Position numbers and translations under genes: made by a program. The notes under the pieces were generated by a model. It was not told where the DNA came from. It did no database searches and saw only the letters and a program-made list of their open reading frames with translations. DNA of 63,407 nucleotides, counting the filler, from Asterionella formosa (taxonomy: Eukaryota), in assembly GCA_002256025.1 (NCBI GenBank). It is 12 parts of 12 records of this genome, joined end to end, with 100 filler letters (N's around TTAATTAATTAA, not from the genome) between each part and the next. Parts side by side here need not be neighbours in the genome. Positions count along the whole stretch, not along the records: positions 47,677 to 52,859 come from NKIB01013181.1; positions 52,960 to 58,133 come from NKIB01013183.1; positions 58,234 to 63,407 come from NKIB01013184.1; 9 more parts are not named here. One strand, given 5' to 3'. This document shows positions 50,790 through 63,407 of the stretch, piece by piece (position 1 is the first letter of the stretch; each line of letters opens with the position of its first letter).

Positions 50790-52560
50790 CAATTGAAGGA
50801 GTCATTCAGGGAGCGGACAGAGCCATTGGTGGCAGTCTCGAAGAAAGTACTCTGCTGGACTATAATGTGGAGGAGGGGTTCAAGAGACACAGGGTACTAG
50901 GTGATAATTCCTAAGAAGTAGTAAAAAGTAGAACGGGGAGGGAAGCAATATAGTTTGGAAAAGTGGATGGAGGAGGAGTGGAAAAGAGAAGGGGGTGGGG
51001 GCGTGATGAGTGGTACTAATTTGTGGGTGGGGTAGCCATCGGTTGATGGTGATGGTTACTGCAGAGGAGGGAAGAGTCAGAAGGAGGCTTTGGGACTGGC
51101 ACAAAGCGGTAGAAAAGAGAGAGTAATGAAAGTAACCTTTGTTAAAATGATTCAAACAGTTAGTACTTGCATGCATTAGTTGACCTCAACTTGAAAGGGT
51201 GTTAATTGGGATCTACTCTACATTTTTCTACAATTAGTCCAAAAAAAGGGGTAATGATATTTGTGATCTTCAGCAGTATTTGAATGGGCCTGCTATCTAT
51301 AATATAAATATAGGTATCATTGTTAATAGGACCTACCATACTGCGAGTCTACGTGTTCTGGTAAAGTTGACTTATTCACTACTGGTATTCATATTTATAC
51401 ATAGTTGCAAAGAAATTTATTATTACGCGTTATAGACCCTCAACTATGGTTTAGTTCTTTGGTTTGCACTTTGGCCCAGATGTCCAGGATTGTAAATTTA
51501 GGACAGGGGAGCCAGGAAAGGATGCCATGCGGCTCTTAGAGTTGTGGGATGAGGAGATTTTGTTATTGGGTGTGACTCAGGTAAGGAACCCATGTGGCAC
51601 TTAGATTTTTTGGTGGAGAAAGTGAGAGAAACAAATGTTCATGACAAGCAAATCATCTTTGAAGCAGGGTGAGAAAGAGAGAAAAAGAATGGATGCATTA
51701 TGGTCTCAGAAGGCAGAGAGAGAGATGTGAGAATATCTTGGATGCTACTAGCTAGGAGTAAGAATGAGGATATTAAGAGGTAGCTAGCAAATTTCAGATG
51801 AGTGAAATGATTGAGTCAGCTGGTGCTATTCAAATGAATGGGATAAACACTGGCGCAAAGACGTGGAAGAAAAATATTGTAGAAAGGAGGCCTGGAATGA
51901 AAGAATAATGCAGTGATATGATTGGAGTGAACTGGATCCGCAACTTTGGGCGGAGGAATAGCTAGTTTGCTGAATAGGAATCAAATAATTGAATTCTAGG
52001 CTGAAATGGAGCCTATCAGAGTGGTAAGAGCGATCAGTAGGCGTTGTGTTCTTGGGTTTGGGTGTGGTTTTGATAGGGAGAGGAGACCTTGTCAGATGTA
52101 GCGGGTAAGGTGGTGCCTTTTTTGTTGGCCGGAAAAAAAAGGGATTGGGGCTGGCTGTGGTCGATGCCTCGCTCTTTTCAAATAGCTGTGCAGACCATAA
52201 AATGATCATGACATGATAAGCAGGAGAGGCAGGGGTCAGTCAAGGGGAAGGAGAAGTGAGACTGGTGGTAAGTGTGGGGATTGGAGAGTGGTGCATGAAA
52301 TATGCGCCAACCAATTCTTGTTCTGCAGGTTTGGTTTCTTTTGCAGTGTGGTGAGAGGGGTTCTGGATGATTCCGTATTCTTTGAATTCTTAAGGGCAGG
52401 GTTGGGATGAGATACTGGTGGTGGAGGGAAATGAAGTGGAAGAGCGGCTGCAAAGGAGCCTGAAACGGGCATGGTGCACAGGAGGAGGATCAGAAGCAGC
52501 GTGTAAGTTAGTCCGTAGACTTGGTACTAGTAGGAGGGAATAATGTGTCTATGTATGAAA
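50790..52560 (-). mobile_element. Highly decayed retroelement-like region, possibly a LINE
   Basis: Strong purine skew on +, Pro/Ser/Thr/His-rich ORF fragments on -, and a weak DH motif near 51700. No firm domain. Confidence 0.3.
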
Positions 52561-52959
52561 TCCGGAGGTGAGTTCGCTGCATTTCTGAAGCTATATATTT
52601 ATATATATATGTCATGCGGATAAATCAATTTTGTTGACGTCACAATGGCCTTCGGCATCTTTTCTTTGTTGCTATATATACATGACCAAACATTATGCCT
52701 TATTTTATTTATGTATGTCATTCGGAATTAATACCGACATCACTCCAGGAACTGACAACCGCTTAAAAAAAGGGATTGCCACTGACTACATAATGTATCA
52801 CTGACGCTTCTATATTCCGTTCAGCCTCTCGCTATCTTTACTAAAGTAATTCTTTGTTCNNNNNNNNNNNNNNNNNNNNNNNNNNNNNNNNNNNNNNNNN
52901 NNNTTAATTAATTAANNNNNNNNNNNNNNNNNNNNNNNNNNNNNNNNNNNNNNNNNNNN

Positions 52960-54266
52960 TTAACTATTGAACTTGTCCGCATCTTTGATACCATCAAGAG
53001 AGCGAAAGCAAGTGGCTCTTTTCATTGTTGTTTGCTCGTAGGAAGAATTTGATATCTGTATCGTCATTTGCTTGTTGGAATTGTCCATTGCCTCAAACCT
53101 GCTTGGCGTGTGCGTACACACACTGTCGACTTGTTTTCATTGGCATGTTGTTCTTGTATTCACTGTTGAACTTGTCCGCATCTTTGTTACCATCAATAGA
53201 GCGACAAGTGGGTTTCTTCATTGTTATTTGCTCCTGGAAAAGTCGGTGTCCGTGTCATCCTCATCAATAGAGAGACAAGTTCTTTCGCTGGAAAAATTGG
53301 TACTCGTGGTATCATTATTCGCTTGTTGGAACCACTGTCCGTTTCCTCAAACCTGATTAGCGTGTGAGTATGTGCACTGTTGACTTTTGTACATTACAGG
53401 CAGAGTGACTTCGCTACTAAATTGCGTGCTATAATAATATACCCTGTAGCACGATGCAGAATACAGTTGCTTTCCAATCATCTCATCATGATTGATAAGA
53501 TGATACTGTGATATCATGATAGGGTTACATCGATGCATACATCACCAAAGTATGATACGTAATATTGAATAAAGTACATCACATAGCTATGATACATTGA
53601 TCATAAAACTATGATGATTTTATATAATGTTTATGTTATAATTTTGATCAAAATATGATTATGTTAAAATAATACAATGACAATAAAATACGATTAAATA
53701 TGTACGCAAGTGTTACAAAGACATCATAGAATATAAATCAAGCAATCATAAAGTATGTTAATTAATATATATGTTTGTCGTTTAATGTATACAGTTAAAG
53801 TCAACACTTAATATGATAGTATTATACAGTGGATAGGATCTAAGTATACGGATGCATTGATATGTACATCACTATAATTTGATATGTACATCACTATAAT
53901 ATGATTTGTGATATGGTTTGATGCATATCACATTCCGGTATCCTCAACAACCAGCCATCACGTTCATTGTCGTGTCGTCTTTCCTTGTTTTAGCTATATA
54001 CCGGTATATGAAGGCATGTGTATTGTGTAAACACTACGCTGGCGGAACATGCATATTACACTGTGCTCTGTTCAACAATTACTACACTCGGTTACCATCA
54101 CACCAGTTCCACCTCCACAAGCGCCGCAAAAAGCTCCGCGTTTTCCTTCCACTGTTTTACATCATTGTCTTCTGGCCCTTTGACAACTTTCCAAATGGCA
54201 TTTCACGGATTTCATGGAAAAGATCAGTCAAACAAGAAACGAGACTTACTTCCATTGTTTACACTA
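52960..54266 (+). repeat. Second copy of the 12462-13678 repeat
   Basis: Direct sequence comparison. Confidence 0.9.
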
Positions 54267-55879
54267 TAAAAAAGAACAGATATTCAAGAAAAAGTCTGCG
54301 CTAGATCAAGACCTCGAATTCAAGAAGATCAATGCAGACAGAGATGTGATGCTGGCTAAGGCAGTTGATGCTCTGAATAGGGAACGAAGTCAGAAACACA
54401 AAATTGAATCTTTTTCCAAATCATACATGGAAGAAAAAGAATTTCTTTGTATAATCATTGAAAACAATCCAGAAGGCAGCTACTTTTGTGAAAAGTCGGC
54501 ATGTGAATTGTGTAGAGTTATTATGCCAAAGCAAACGGCATTTTCCTTGAGTTTGCCGAAATCGCATGGAAAACTAAAATTGTGGAAAGAGTTGTACACT
54601 TGTACCCCGCAAGATATATGCAATTACGCCTCTGTATTTTATGGAGTCAAAGGTATCAAAAAATCATCTTCAGATTTTAAAGATCTTGCATATTGGGACT
54701 TGGGACCTTGAAACAATTACCTCTATGATCCATTATATAATTCATGAACTTCATCCAAGTGATGTAAAGGTTAGCTATATTTGATCGGGATGAGAACCCA
54801 GAAAAGGGTAATAACAATCCATATATATACCAAGGTGATTGTCATCCACTTCATCACGAAAGTAACTATGTGCTAATTGTGTATTGCAAAAGATCAGATG
54901 AGGAGGAAAACAATCATTTTGTGCATTATCTTTTTGCTATAAATGATGGATTATGTCAAGTCTGTGATCCAGGAAAAGATGCAAGTTTGGATGAACATTA
55001 TGATCAAGTATTTCACCTTGCCCGTAAGTACTGCATCATCCCCGGATGCAGAAAAGAATTGGAATTGTTATGCACCGATACAGGATATTTTCCACAAGAA
55101 TCCCATATACCTGAAGAAATTGGGTTCTCGGAATCTTTCTATACTGGCACCAAAGCACCAGTGCAGATCAGTATGGCCACTGAACATGATTCCATGTTGT
55201 CTTATTTCAACCAGAAGATGACAGTGGATGGTCATGTGGACCTTTTACAATTGTGAAAGTGTTGGAAACTCTATTGCAATTAGAAAGGAAAGGAATGGCA
55301 AAACCAAATTTCTTTGCAAACGGGCACATTTCCGTTTGGAGACTGAGTTCTGGAAAGCTTTAAAACGTCAGGTGGCAGCAACAGATCGAACAGACGATTT
55401 CTTATCCATTACATCTGACCCACCAACCAAGTCAACATACTTTCATCTTGGAACAGTTTGGCCTCAAGTGACAACGACAAATTCTCGTGAGGATATGATT
55501 CAGTTGGAAATAACTGTTCTTCAATTTTGTATCGACAAAATTTTGACATCCTATTTAGATTTAAAAATGTTAAACGAAGTATTTGGACAAGTTCCTTGCA
55601 ACTCTTCTTTCAAGAAGGATGAAGTTGTCTACGTAAAATCCATGATACAACAAAGTAATGACAAACTTTCTCCCTTCAAATGGTATAATCATGCATGGAT
55701 GCATCAAAATTGACAAAAAGTTGAAAGAAAATTTTGTATCTGATGATAGCCCTTCTGGAATCAACTTGAAGAAGTTTGCAGACTCATATCGAACTGCAGT
55801 TGAAAAGTGGAGAAGAAAAATCTCGGACGAAACGAGAAGGACCATCTTAGGTTCTTTGGGAGTGAAGAAGAACAAATAA
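54267..55879 (+). pseudogene. Fragmented ORF of unknown function, convergent with the Plavaka-like transposase
   Basis: Four consecutive, mostly overlapping same-strand ORFs (165, 128, 161 and 73 aa) consistent with one broken gene. Confidence 0.5.
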
Positions 55880-56073
55880 TGGACCATTGGATAATCATTT
55901 CTTTGGAAATTGTAGTTTGTGAAAACCTCATAATAACCAATTTAGTATGCGAAACTATATTGTCATCATTATCATTTATATTATTCTTATATATTTATCA
56001 ACGTTTGCTTGTAAGTTTTTGGTCCCACCCGATTGATTTCCATAAATTACGTGGAGGCATGGCAACATAAAAA

Positions 56074-58133
56074 TTATCTTTCCGTATCTGTTCCAAAACT
56101 TCTTGCGGTGTGTTTCAGAGATTTCCTTGATTCCTGTGGTTTCAAAGCAGGAACAAAAAATGCTGCCGAAAGTATGTTATGAAATTCAACAACGCTCAAT
56201 TCAGTTGTATCATTGCATAATGTGTCTCCTCTTGCAAAAATAATACGTTTATGAATTTTCATTTCAGTTGAACTTTTCAAGGAACGAATACACGCTAAGA
56301 GAATGGTTGTTGTGTTGGAGAAAATAACATTTCCCCAAAGAAGTAGTTTTACAGGAACTGTGTAGGAACTTGATCCATCTCCCTTCTCTCAGTTCACTTC
56401 GACCCAGTCAAACCATTCACGACCAGAGATTCCTGCCTTTGAATCATTATTCCATTTCGGATGGCATCTGAAAATAGTAGTTGTTTGGCCGGGAACGTTA
56501 CTTTCAATTTTAACATGATAGTAAAAGTCAATCCTTACAATGGAAACAGGCCCAACCCCATCTTCAAGACTTTTAATTCTTGCTATTTCTATTGCTGAAT
56601 TCGCAATGCTCTTTACGTAGTTGGCCCCCTTCGGTAAATCAGGAAGAACCAATTGATACAAGGGTGCATCCTTACTCCGTGATACATGCCCAATCTTATT
56701 AGGGACACCTGCTATAATCCATAGACCATTTGATGATGAAGCAGAAAATTGAACTTTAACAGGAAGGGCTGGTGAATGGATCTTGGTAGGCGATATTCCC
56801 AAAGTTTCAGGCGACCTACTAGGCAACATCATTGTATCCGGAATCATTCCTTCGAAATCAATTTCTGTTAAAATACCCTCATTGGTATTTTCTCTACTTA
56901 TATTCTTTTGTTTGTTTTCTGTATGTAATGAATCACTTACAAAAACAAGTTTTCGTGCCAAGGCAAACTGCCTTGTTTCATATGACCTTGTTAAAATGTC
57001 ATGCTTTAATCGATGTAATTGTCTGTTGACACGCTTACTGGGTCGTTTCAATTTGTCTTTCAAAAAAGACTCCAAATATCCACCAAAGAAATTAAGAGGA
57101 GATCCGAACTTCCTAATCAGATGAGGGTAATGTTTCATTCCATGAAATTTTGCCATTCATAAGCCAATTTGAGATATCATTTCCCGTTGGGGACCAATCA
57201 TAATCTTAGTAACTGACATAAATCTCTTCACCCTTTCCTCTAAAATATCAATACATGTTGATGTATATTGTGGTATGAATAAAGTGTCATTGATAGATAT
57301 ACATAACCATAACAGCAATGTGAAATCCTTTTCTAGGTGCATGTTCTCTGAACCCATCATTCCACCCATTGAAAAAATAGTTAACAGACATAATCCGGGA
57401 ATTTCTCGCCCTGACATTTTCGACAAAGCTGTCATCCCAGATCTGTATGACAATTTTGGAATATCACGATCGCTTTGCCTTTCCAAATGACTATTGATAT
57501 ATCTAGGTGCTGGTACAAGTGTTGGGTCTTGATTTTTGCCAGTGTATATATTTTTGATAACTGGTGCGTGTGTCCTTTTTGGTCTTTGCCCGTTTCTTCG
57601 GTTGCTCTTGATCAAGAAAAGCAGAGTCTGTTGTTTCAGTGTTACGTTTATGATTGGAGATGTTTTCTGGAATATCTGGAGATTTTCTTTCTTTAAAAAA
57701 ACATGCCCATTCTTCAGGGATAGTCCGATAATTGTACAAAGATTCCAAAATGTGCGAACTTAAATATTCCAAGTAGTAATTGATGAAGAACCTCAAATGG
57801 AGTTGCCCAAAATAATCCTTCTAAGTCACCACCAAAAAATGATTTATTAGTGCAGGTATAATAGGATTATGCGATATAACACGGCACCACTCGTTTGCTG
57901 TTGCGTATTTGCCATTAGATTGGCTGGGAGACACAATACTCAGGTGGGATACATGGTAATTTTCCATCGGGATATGCATTTTTGTCAAGAAATTTGTTTA
58001 AAAACTTTTTAACATCTGACACTTTACGACGTTCACATCCAATATCAGGATTATCAGCATCCTCAGTTGAAACCAGGCAATCACGACAAACATATCGTCG
58101 ATATAATCCATTACCACCCCTGAAGCCACAAAT
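56074..58133 (-). mobile_element. Plavaka-like (CMC/EnSpm-related) transposase, degenerate, cut by the contig edge
   Basis: KFHGMKHYPHLIRKFGSPLNFFGGYLESFLKDKLKRPSKRVNRQ, FRCHP..WFDWVEV, CG..YVCRDC and LERQSDRDIPK..MSGRE motifs. Confidence 0.75.
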
Positions 58134-58478
58134 NNNNNNNNNNNNNNNNNNNNNNNNNNNNNNNNNNNNNNNNNNNNTTAATTAATTAANNNNNNNNNNN
58201 NNNNNNNNNNNNNNNNNNNNNNNNNNNNNNNNNTCACATGAAACCGTTAAAAGTAATCTTTTTTACGTGAAGAGTGGCATTAATGCATGTGAAGTACCAC
58301 ATAATTAACACTCATACGTAGACGAAATTTCGAAAAGTGGCGTATTTCGCGTCTTAGATGTGAGAGTCAACGTTACGAGTCAAAATGGGTAAGACTAAAT
58401 TGCTTAGATCTCCATAACTTTATGTTCTACTTTAGAACTGATTAAATGATAGCTATCCCCGCTCTATCGACTATGATA

Positions 58479-58682
58479 AAGTTCATACTTGGTTCGAATT
58501 TTCACATTTAAGAAACTTCGATAATTTTAGTTGAAAGAAGGAGTACTGAAACGTTGACTCTCACTTTTAGGTGGTACCCTAAGTTCATACTTGGTTCGAA
58601 TTTTCACATTTAAGAAACTTCGATAATTTTAGTTGAAAGAAGGAGTACTGAAACGTTGACTCTCACTTTTAGGTGGTACCCT
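58479..58682 (+). repeat. Perfect 102-bp tandem duplication
   Basis: 58479-58580 equals 58581-58682. Confidence 0.92.
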
Positions 58683-59763
58683 GGTACCTTCGACTGCGAG
58701 TACCAGGGACCACTCCCTGGTGGTACTTGGTACCCTGGTACTGTAGGCAGTCAGTATGTTGCTACCAGTATGTATTTAGTATTATAGACAAGGGAAACAG
58801 GGGGATGTGCACGAAGTGCGCATTGAAACCAAGGGAATGATAAACAAACTAGGAGCAAGCGAAATTTGAGGTGGAGGCTGAGTTAGTAACCATGGGAGCT
58901 AATTCTATCTAGCCAAAAAATGAAGATGAGGTTCAATGGCTAGTGAATGACAGTAAACCACGCAAGAGAAGGTCATGGAATAGTCAGTCAGCCAACAAAC
59001 AACCATGTAAGGGTTTCAAGGCAGAAAGCTCACAATTCTTCGAATCAGCTTTCAGCAAAGCAACATCGTTGAATCCAAGCTGTGCAAAAATTTATAGTCA
59101 ATAAATAAAATTCACCCTCCCTACATCCCACCCACTGCTTAAGTGCATACTCAACTGCAGCTATGGGGACCCCGAGGGGGGAAATGAATCATACCACATA
59201 GAACCGAAATCAAAACCCCCAACTACGCTTCAAAAGATAAACTATCAAAGAGAAGCAAGAGACATATTTGCAGGAAAAGGCAGTCGAACAAGTCGGTAAT
59301 TGAGTCGAAGTAACTTCGCTATCTCCACGAGAATTCAATTTCTCCGGGTTTCGTTTCTTGACACTGGATGAGGTCGCTATTTATACATACCGGCATTTAT
59401 GTACTGCTAGCTGGTACCTGGTACCCTGGTACCAGTACCTTGGAGTACCTGGTACCTGGTACCCTGGTAACCTGTTATATACCGTAATCTGAAATTCCAT
59501 TATGTACCAGGTACCGGAGCTTCAAACATATCATAGAGTGTAAAAATAGTACCTGGTACCTGGTACCAGGTACCGGTAAATGTATCCATATCCATACCCG
59601 TGATTGCGTGTATGCAGATAAGAATACCGGCAAACAAGCCACGGAAAATATTTAGTGCGTGACATGTCATAAACTTCATGCTCGGCTCCTCCTCATGACG
59701 CAAGGTGTGATCATATTCATCATACAAACGGAGTAGCCTACCATCAAATGTTCACCGGAGTAC

Positions 59764-61629
59764 ATGTTGTGTACACCACAGGGAGAGGCAATGGTACTAA
59801 TTGCAGAGATTGGGAGCACTTCTACTCGCGACGATCACGTTGATTCCATTCTGAAAGCACTATTAATTCACTACTGTCAGCCTATTCACGTTGTCGAAGA
59901 AGTCTTACCTTATTTCCATGACAAGAGTGATCCCGATATCTCGTCGGTGTTGAGCCATTGGATTTCTGGGGTAGAAGGTCGAGATTGGACCACTCTCCTG
60001 GATCGTTATGCGGCGACAATTCGTCCAAAACTGATTGTGGATTCCAAAATTTCTCAGGCGGGAATTCCAGTCCTTCAGCACTATGAGGTCCTGGTATCGG
60101 AGTTGCGAAAGAAAGATACGTCAAGGCCTATCGCAGTGAATCCTTTGACATTGTCAACACTGTGTAGTGATATCACCCTCCTGACAAGGGCACCAGCTGA
60201 AGATGACATTTCGAAAGCAGCGAAAGCGCGTTTCATACGGTCAAACATCGTTCTGCCGACATTACTGAGGCTTCTCCAGCATGCTTTTTCGTCGTTTACC
60301 AATTCAGACCCATTAGCCCCCTTCGCTATTTGTACACTACTACCATTCAGCAAATCAAAGTTAGACCCTCGCCTCCTCTTGAAAGAACTTGAAACCAGAA
60401 ACTCTCTCATTTTGGATTGCTCCGTACCGTGCCCATCCTCTGAATCGGTGGAGATGATAGAGTGGCTTGACTATGAAAAGGCCGAGCTGAATGGATCCGA
60501 TTGGAACGACCCTAGGACCAATCTAAGCGCTACTATTGCTAACGAATGCTGGAACGAATTAGGAGGAAACGTTTCATCAATATGCGAGTCCGTCGGCTGG
60601 AAGAAATCGGCCGCAGCAGTTCGTGCTCACTTTTTCGGGAGAGCGACAGAAGAAATTGTTCCCACGCCGGCGAGGCCGTTGCGCTATCCCCTACAATTAC
60701 AAGGAACGATACCTTCGGAACCTGCTTACAGGTCTACTCCCTCCAGAATAAATACTGCTCTGCAATTTATTTCTCTCCTACCATCTGTGAGCCATGAAAT
60801 CTTGGGAGATTTACTTCCAGTTTGCTACAGCTTGATGGACTCACATTTTACAAGTCATGTGTCGATTGGCGCATGTGCACTGACTCGGTTGATACAATTG
60901 TCGACATCAAATGATCTTCTTGAATTTGAAGATGGTCTGCTTTCAGTGCTTGAACTTTCACTACGGGTTTCTCGTCGAGAGGGCCCTTCATTAGGATTGG
61001 TTGGACTTTCATTCAGTACAGCATTTATGAAGTTGCCTCATCGAACAAGGGAACGACGAATGGCAACAGCAACTTTGTTATCAATTGTGGAGAGGAACCA
61101 GTACGCACAATCTGACGATGATGGGTTCTTGCTCAGCGTCGTCATGGGGGGTGTCATTCCCTTGCTGAAACAGCATGCAGAACTTCCAAACGCAGACGCC
61201 CTTGAAATGGGCCGAGCCGGTCTACGAACTCTTTTACCGCTTTTGCGATGGGATTGCGGATTGAACGGGAAGAAATTGCAAGCTGCCAGTCTAGTTGCAT
61301 TAATAAATCTGTTCGTGGGTGCCTATCCCATTATGCCAGGACACGGAGGGAAAATTACGAGCGAATTACTGGCTTGCTGGGGACATGCGAAACGGGAACA
61401 TGGGAGGTTGAGAAATGCTGAAATAGACTTGTGCAACTTAGTCATGGTCCTGACCAAGCACGCAACTGTAGTTGCATTGCTCATTTGCCAGGGTATTCGA
61501 GCCGAGGAAGTGCTCCATCGGGTGGAAACTGAAGACTATGATGAAGGAATGAAGAGACACGTTTTATCAGTTCGAGAACTTGTTGCAAATTGGAAACTTT
61601 GCCCAGAGGAGAGGGAAAGGGATAGTTGA
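59764..61629 (+). CDS. HEAT/ARM-repeat protein, TTI2-like (TTT co-chaperone subunit)
   Basis: Intact intronless 621-aa ORF. LLPVCYSLMDS..IGACALTRL and SLVALINLFVGAYPIMPGHGGKITSELLACW resemble the Tti2 C-terminal motifs. Confidence 0.6.
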   Translation: MLCTPQGEAMVLIAEIGSTSTRDDHVDSILKALLIHYCQPIHVVEEVLPYFHDKSDPDISSVLSHWISGVEGRDWTTLLDRYAATIRPKLIVDSKISQAGIPVLQHYEVLVSELRKKDTSRPIAVNPLTLSTLCSDITLLTRAPAEDDISKAAKARFIRSNIVLPTLLRLLQHAFSSFTNSDPLAPFAICTLLPFSKSKLDPRLLLKELETRNSLILDCSVPCPSSESVEMIEWLDYEKAELNGSDWNDPRTNLSATIANECWNELGGNVSSICESVGWKKSAAAVRAHFFGRATEEIVPTPARPLRYPLQLQGTIPSEPAYRSTPSRINTALQFISLLPSVSHEILGDLLPVCYSLMDSHFTSHVSIGACALTRLIQLSTSNDLLEFEDGLLSVLELSLRVSRREGPSLGLVGLSFSTAFMKLPHRTRERRMATATLLSIVERNQYAQSDDDGFLLSVVMGGVIPLLKQHAELPNADALEMGRAGLRTLLPLLRWDCGLNGKKLQAASLVALINLFVGAYPIMPGHGGKITSELLACWGHAKREHGRLRNAEIDLCNLVMVLTKHATVVALLICQGIRAEEVLHRVETEDYDEGMKRHVLSVRELVANWKLCPEERERDS

Positions 61630-62832
61630 GCTCAGAAATAGCTTCGACAAGTACTCGTCACGAGGTGATGCCAGGATCTATTCCACCATTATGCTGTGCT
61701 AGTTAGGGCACATATGCAACTTCCCCAGTACAAAAGCTTTGTATAGCTATTTTGTGCAGATGTTCCTTGTCTTCTTGATTTCTTTAGAGCATCAATGGCT
61801 AAACTTTGATTCTTGGTCTGAATCAGAGTACCCATAAGTTGCAGTGAATTTGCAGTAATGATGATTTGGACATCATTGATATTTATGCCTGCTGTTGAAT
61901 AAATGTGCTGGCAAGCTTGTACAGCAATATCTTTCATTCATGGTATGATTGTTTTGAAAACTATTATGCTGGAATTTGATTTGGTAGGAACTATTTTAGG
62001 GTGAAACTAAATCCTCCAATCTCAACCTGCCAATCAAAAGAAATTGAGGAGTTTTACTGATGAGCTAAATTCTGTTAGGGTCAGAGGCACTGAGCAATCA
62101 TAGAATACCAGTACATATGTTTACCAACTCCTGCCAATGAGTGCACATATGCATACTATGATGCAAAGACTAAAAATGAACAGGAAAAAATACCAGTAAA
62201 AATATGGATGTAGAATTTATGTAGTCTCTACAGTTCCTGATTACATATTTACTTCCAGTATGTATACTGGTGAACCAATACAATAAGCATTCTGGTATCT
62301 GTATTGATGATTGTTGTACATGTATATATGTTCTTGGAATATGAGGTTTGCCATTTTTAGTGGCAACATCATGTCAATGATGATACACCTTTTGTAAACA
62401 GATAAATCACAATAAAATAAATATATTGTTGTCAGCTAATGATGTTGTATTTTATGGCTAATTGATGTATGAGAGTTATGTACAAACAGTTTGGGATTTG
62501 ATCCAGCAATTATACATGGAGATATTGTCACTGTGCTTGACCGCCATCTTGCTTCCACTGATTTTCAATTTTAGCTATTTTGAAATGGATATCAAAGCTT
62601 TGTTAACAATTGTTTCAATACATGCTAGCAACATGTGTATTCTATCAAAAAACTAATAAAAGTGCTGAGCAGTTGTACAAAATTAAGAATTAAAAATAAT
62701 TTTATCATGCTCCGTTGAAAGGTAGCTAATGGGGAAATTTTCATGTAAGATTCATTGTATGAAGGGCAATCAGGCAGCATATCGAGTTGCATCAAAATCG
62801 CAAAAAAGAATTGACTACCTGGTACCAGGACA

Positions 62833-62910
62833 CTCCCTCTGTCCAACAATAGTTGCACAAATTATCGGGACCCTTGGTGCCAAGCAGCTTATTTTAGGAC
62901 TGATTATGGA
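62833..62910 (+). mobile_element. Isolated DD39D/Stowaway-type terminus
   Basis: CTCCCTCTGTCCAACAATAGTTGCA..ATTATCGG..GCAGCTTATTTTAG matches the reverse complement of about 20742-20818. Confidence 0.8.
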
Positions 62911-63407
62911 ATCTTTGTATAGGAGATTGTAAGACGAAAAATTGAATCACAAGACTCTCATTCCGATGATGACGTTTTGGCAATTGGTGATTCTGATTCC
63001 AACATTTTGGAGACTGTTGAAAAGTCCGATATTGTCGAATTTTTGGACTAGAATAGCTCAATTTTGGCAGGGTTTGAAGAAGAGTTAATTACATAGGTTA
63101 TCTTCAAATAGCCTGAGAAGTGATATTTCAGCAATAAAGTCCACAGCGGAACTTCCGGATTTTTTACAAGGCTAAATAAGTTATTTGGCCTGGTAATCCA
63201 CTATTTTCAGCATAGTTGAAAACCGAAGTTCCTTTCTGCAGTTTCTCGCCAGATCCTCTCATTTGGAATATGCCAACATGTACCGTATACTTCATTGTCC
63301 TGGACCCCCCAATGTACACTGCCGTGACTGAATTTGACTGATTTTACTTAAGGGGGGTCCAGGACAATGAAGAGATTTCCCTTATACTAGTCCTAAGTTA
63401 ATTTTAT

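Noticed and set aside
54261..54275. CACTA sequence at the point where the two 1.2-kb repeat copies diverge
   Set aside because: The motif lies inside the shared sequence, the following DNA reads as mid-ORF, and no matching TIR was found.
5210..58233. Regularly spaced TTAATTAATTAA motif resembling a repeat array or CRISPR
   Set aside because: It is always embedded in 44+44 N and has stops in all six frames, so it is an artificial linker. ORFs running into the Ns are artefacts.

Overview
This is eukaryotic nuclear DNA, most likely from a diatom (bipartite plastid-targeting signal, CoDi-type Copia gag sequences, short GT-AG introns with CTAAC branch points). The window is not one locus. It is 12 contigs of about 5.17-5.21 kb, in roughly decreasing length order, joined by an artificial 100-nt linker (44 N + TTAATTAATTAA + 44 N), so adjacency across linkers is not evidence of synteny. 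Most of the DNA is decayed transposable elements: at least four Copia fragments, a Gypsy element, LINE remnants, a DD39D Tc1/mariner, a Plavaka-type transposase, MITEs and tRNA-derived SINE-like heads. Host genes are a plastid SET-domain protein, a vacuolar sorting receptor, a TTI2-like protein, a four-TM protein, a type II membrane protein, a frameshifted LRR gene and a spliced pseudogene that the ORF track misses. The most notable observations are (1) a DD39D mariner that appears to carry a second, convergent Cys/His-rich HIRAN-like ORF inside its termini, (2) 12-bp palindromes instead of tRNA-3'-end primer sites after both a Copia and a Gypsy 5' LTR, and (3) dispersed GGTACC/CCWGG microrepeats at TE junctions and upstream of genes. 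All family assignments come from motif recognition by eye; no searches were run.
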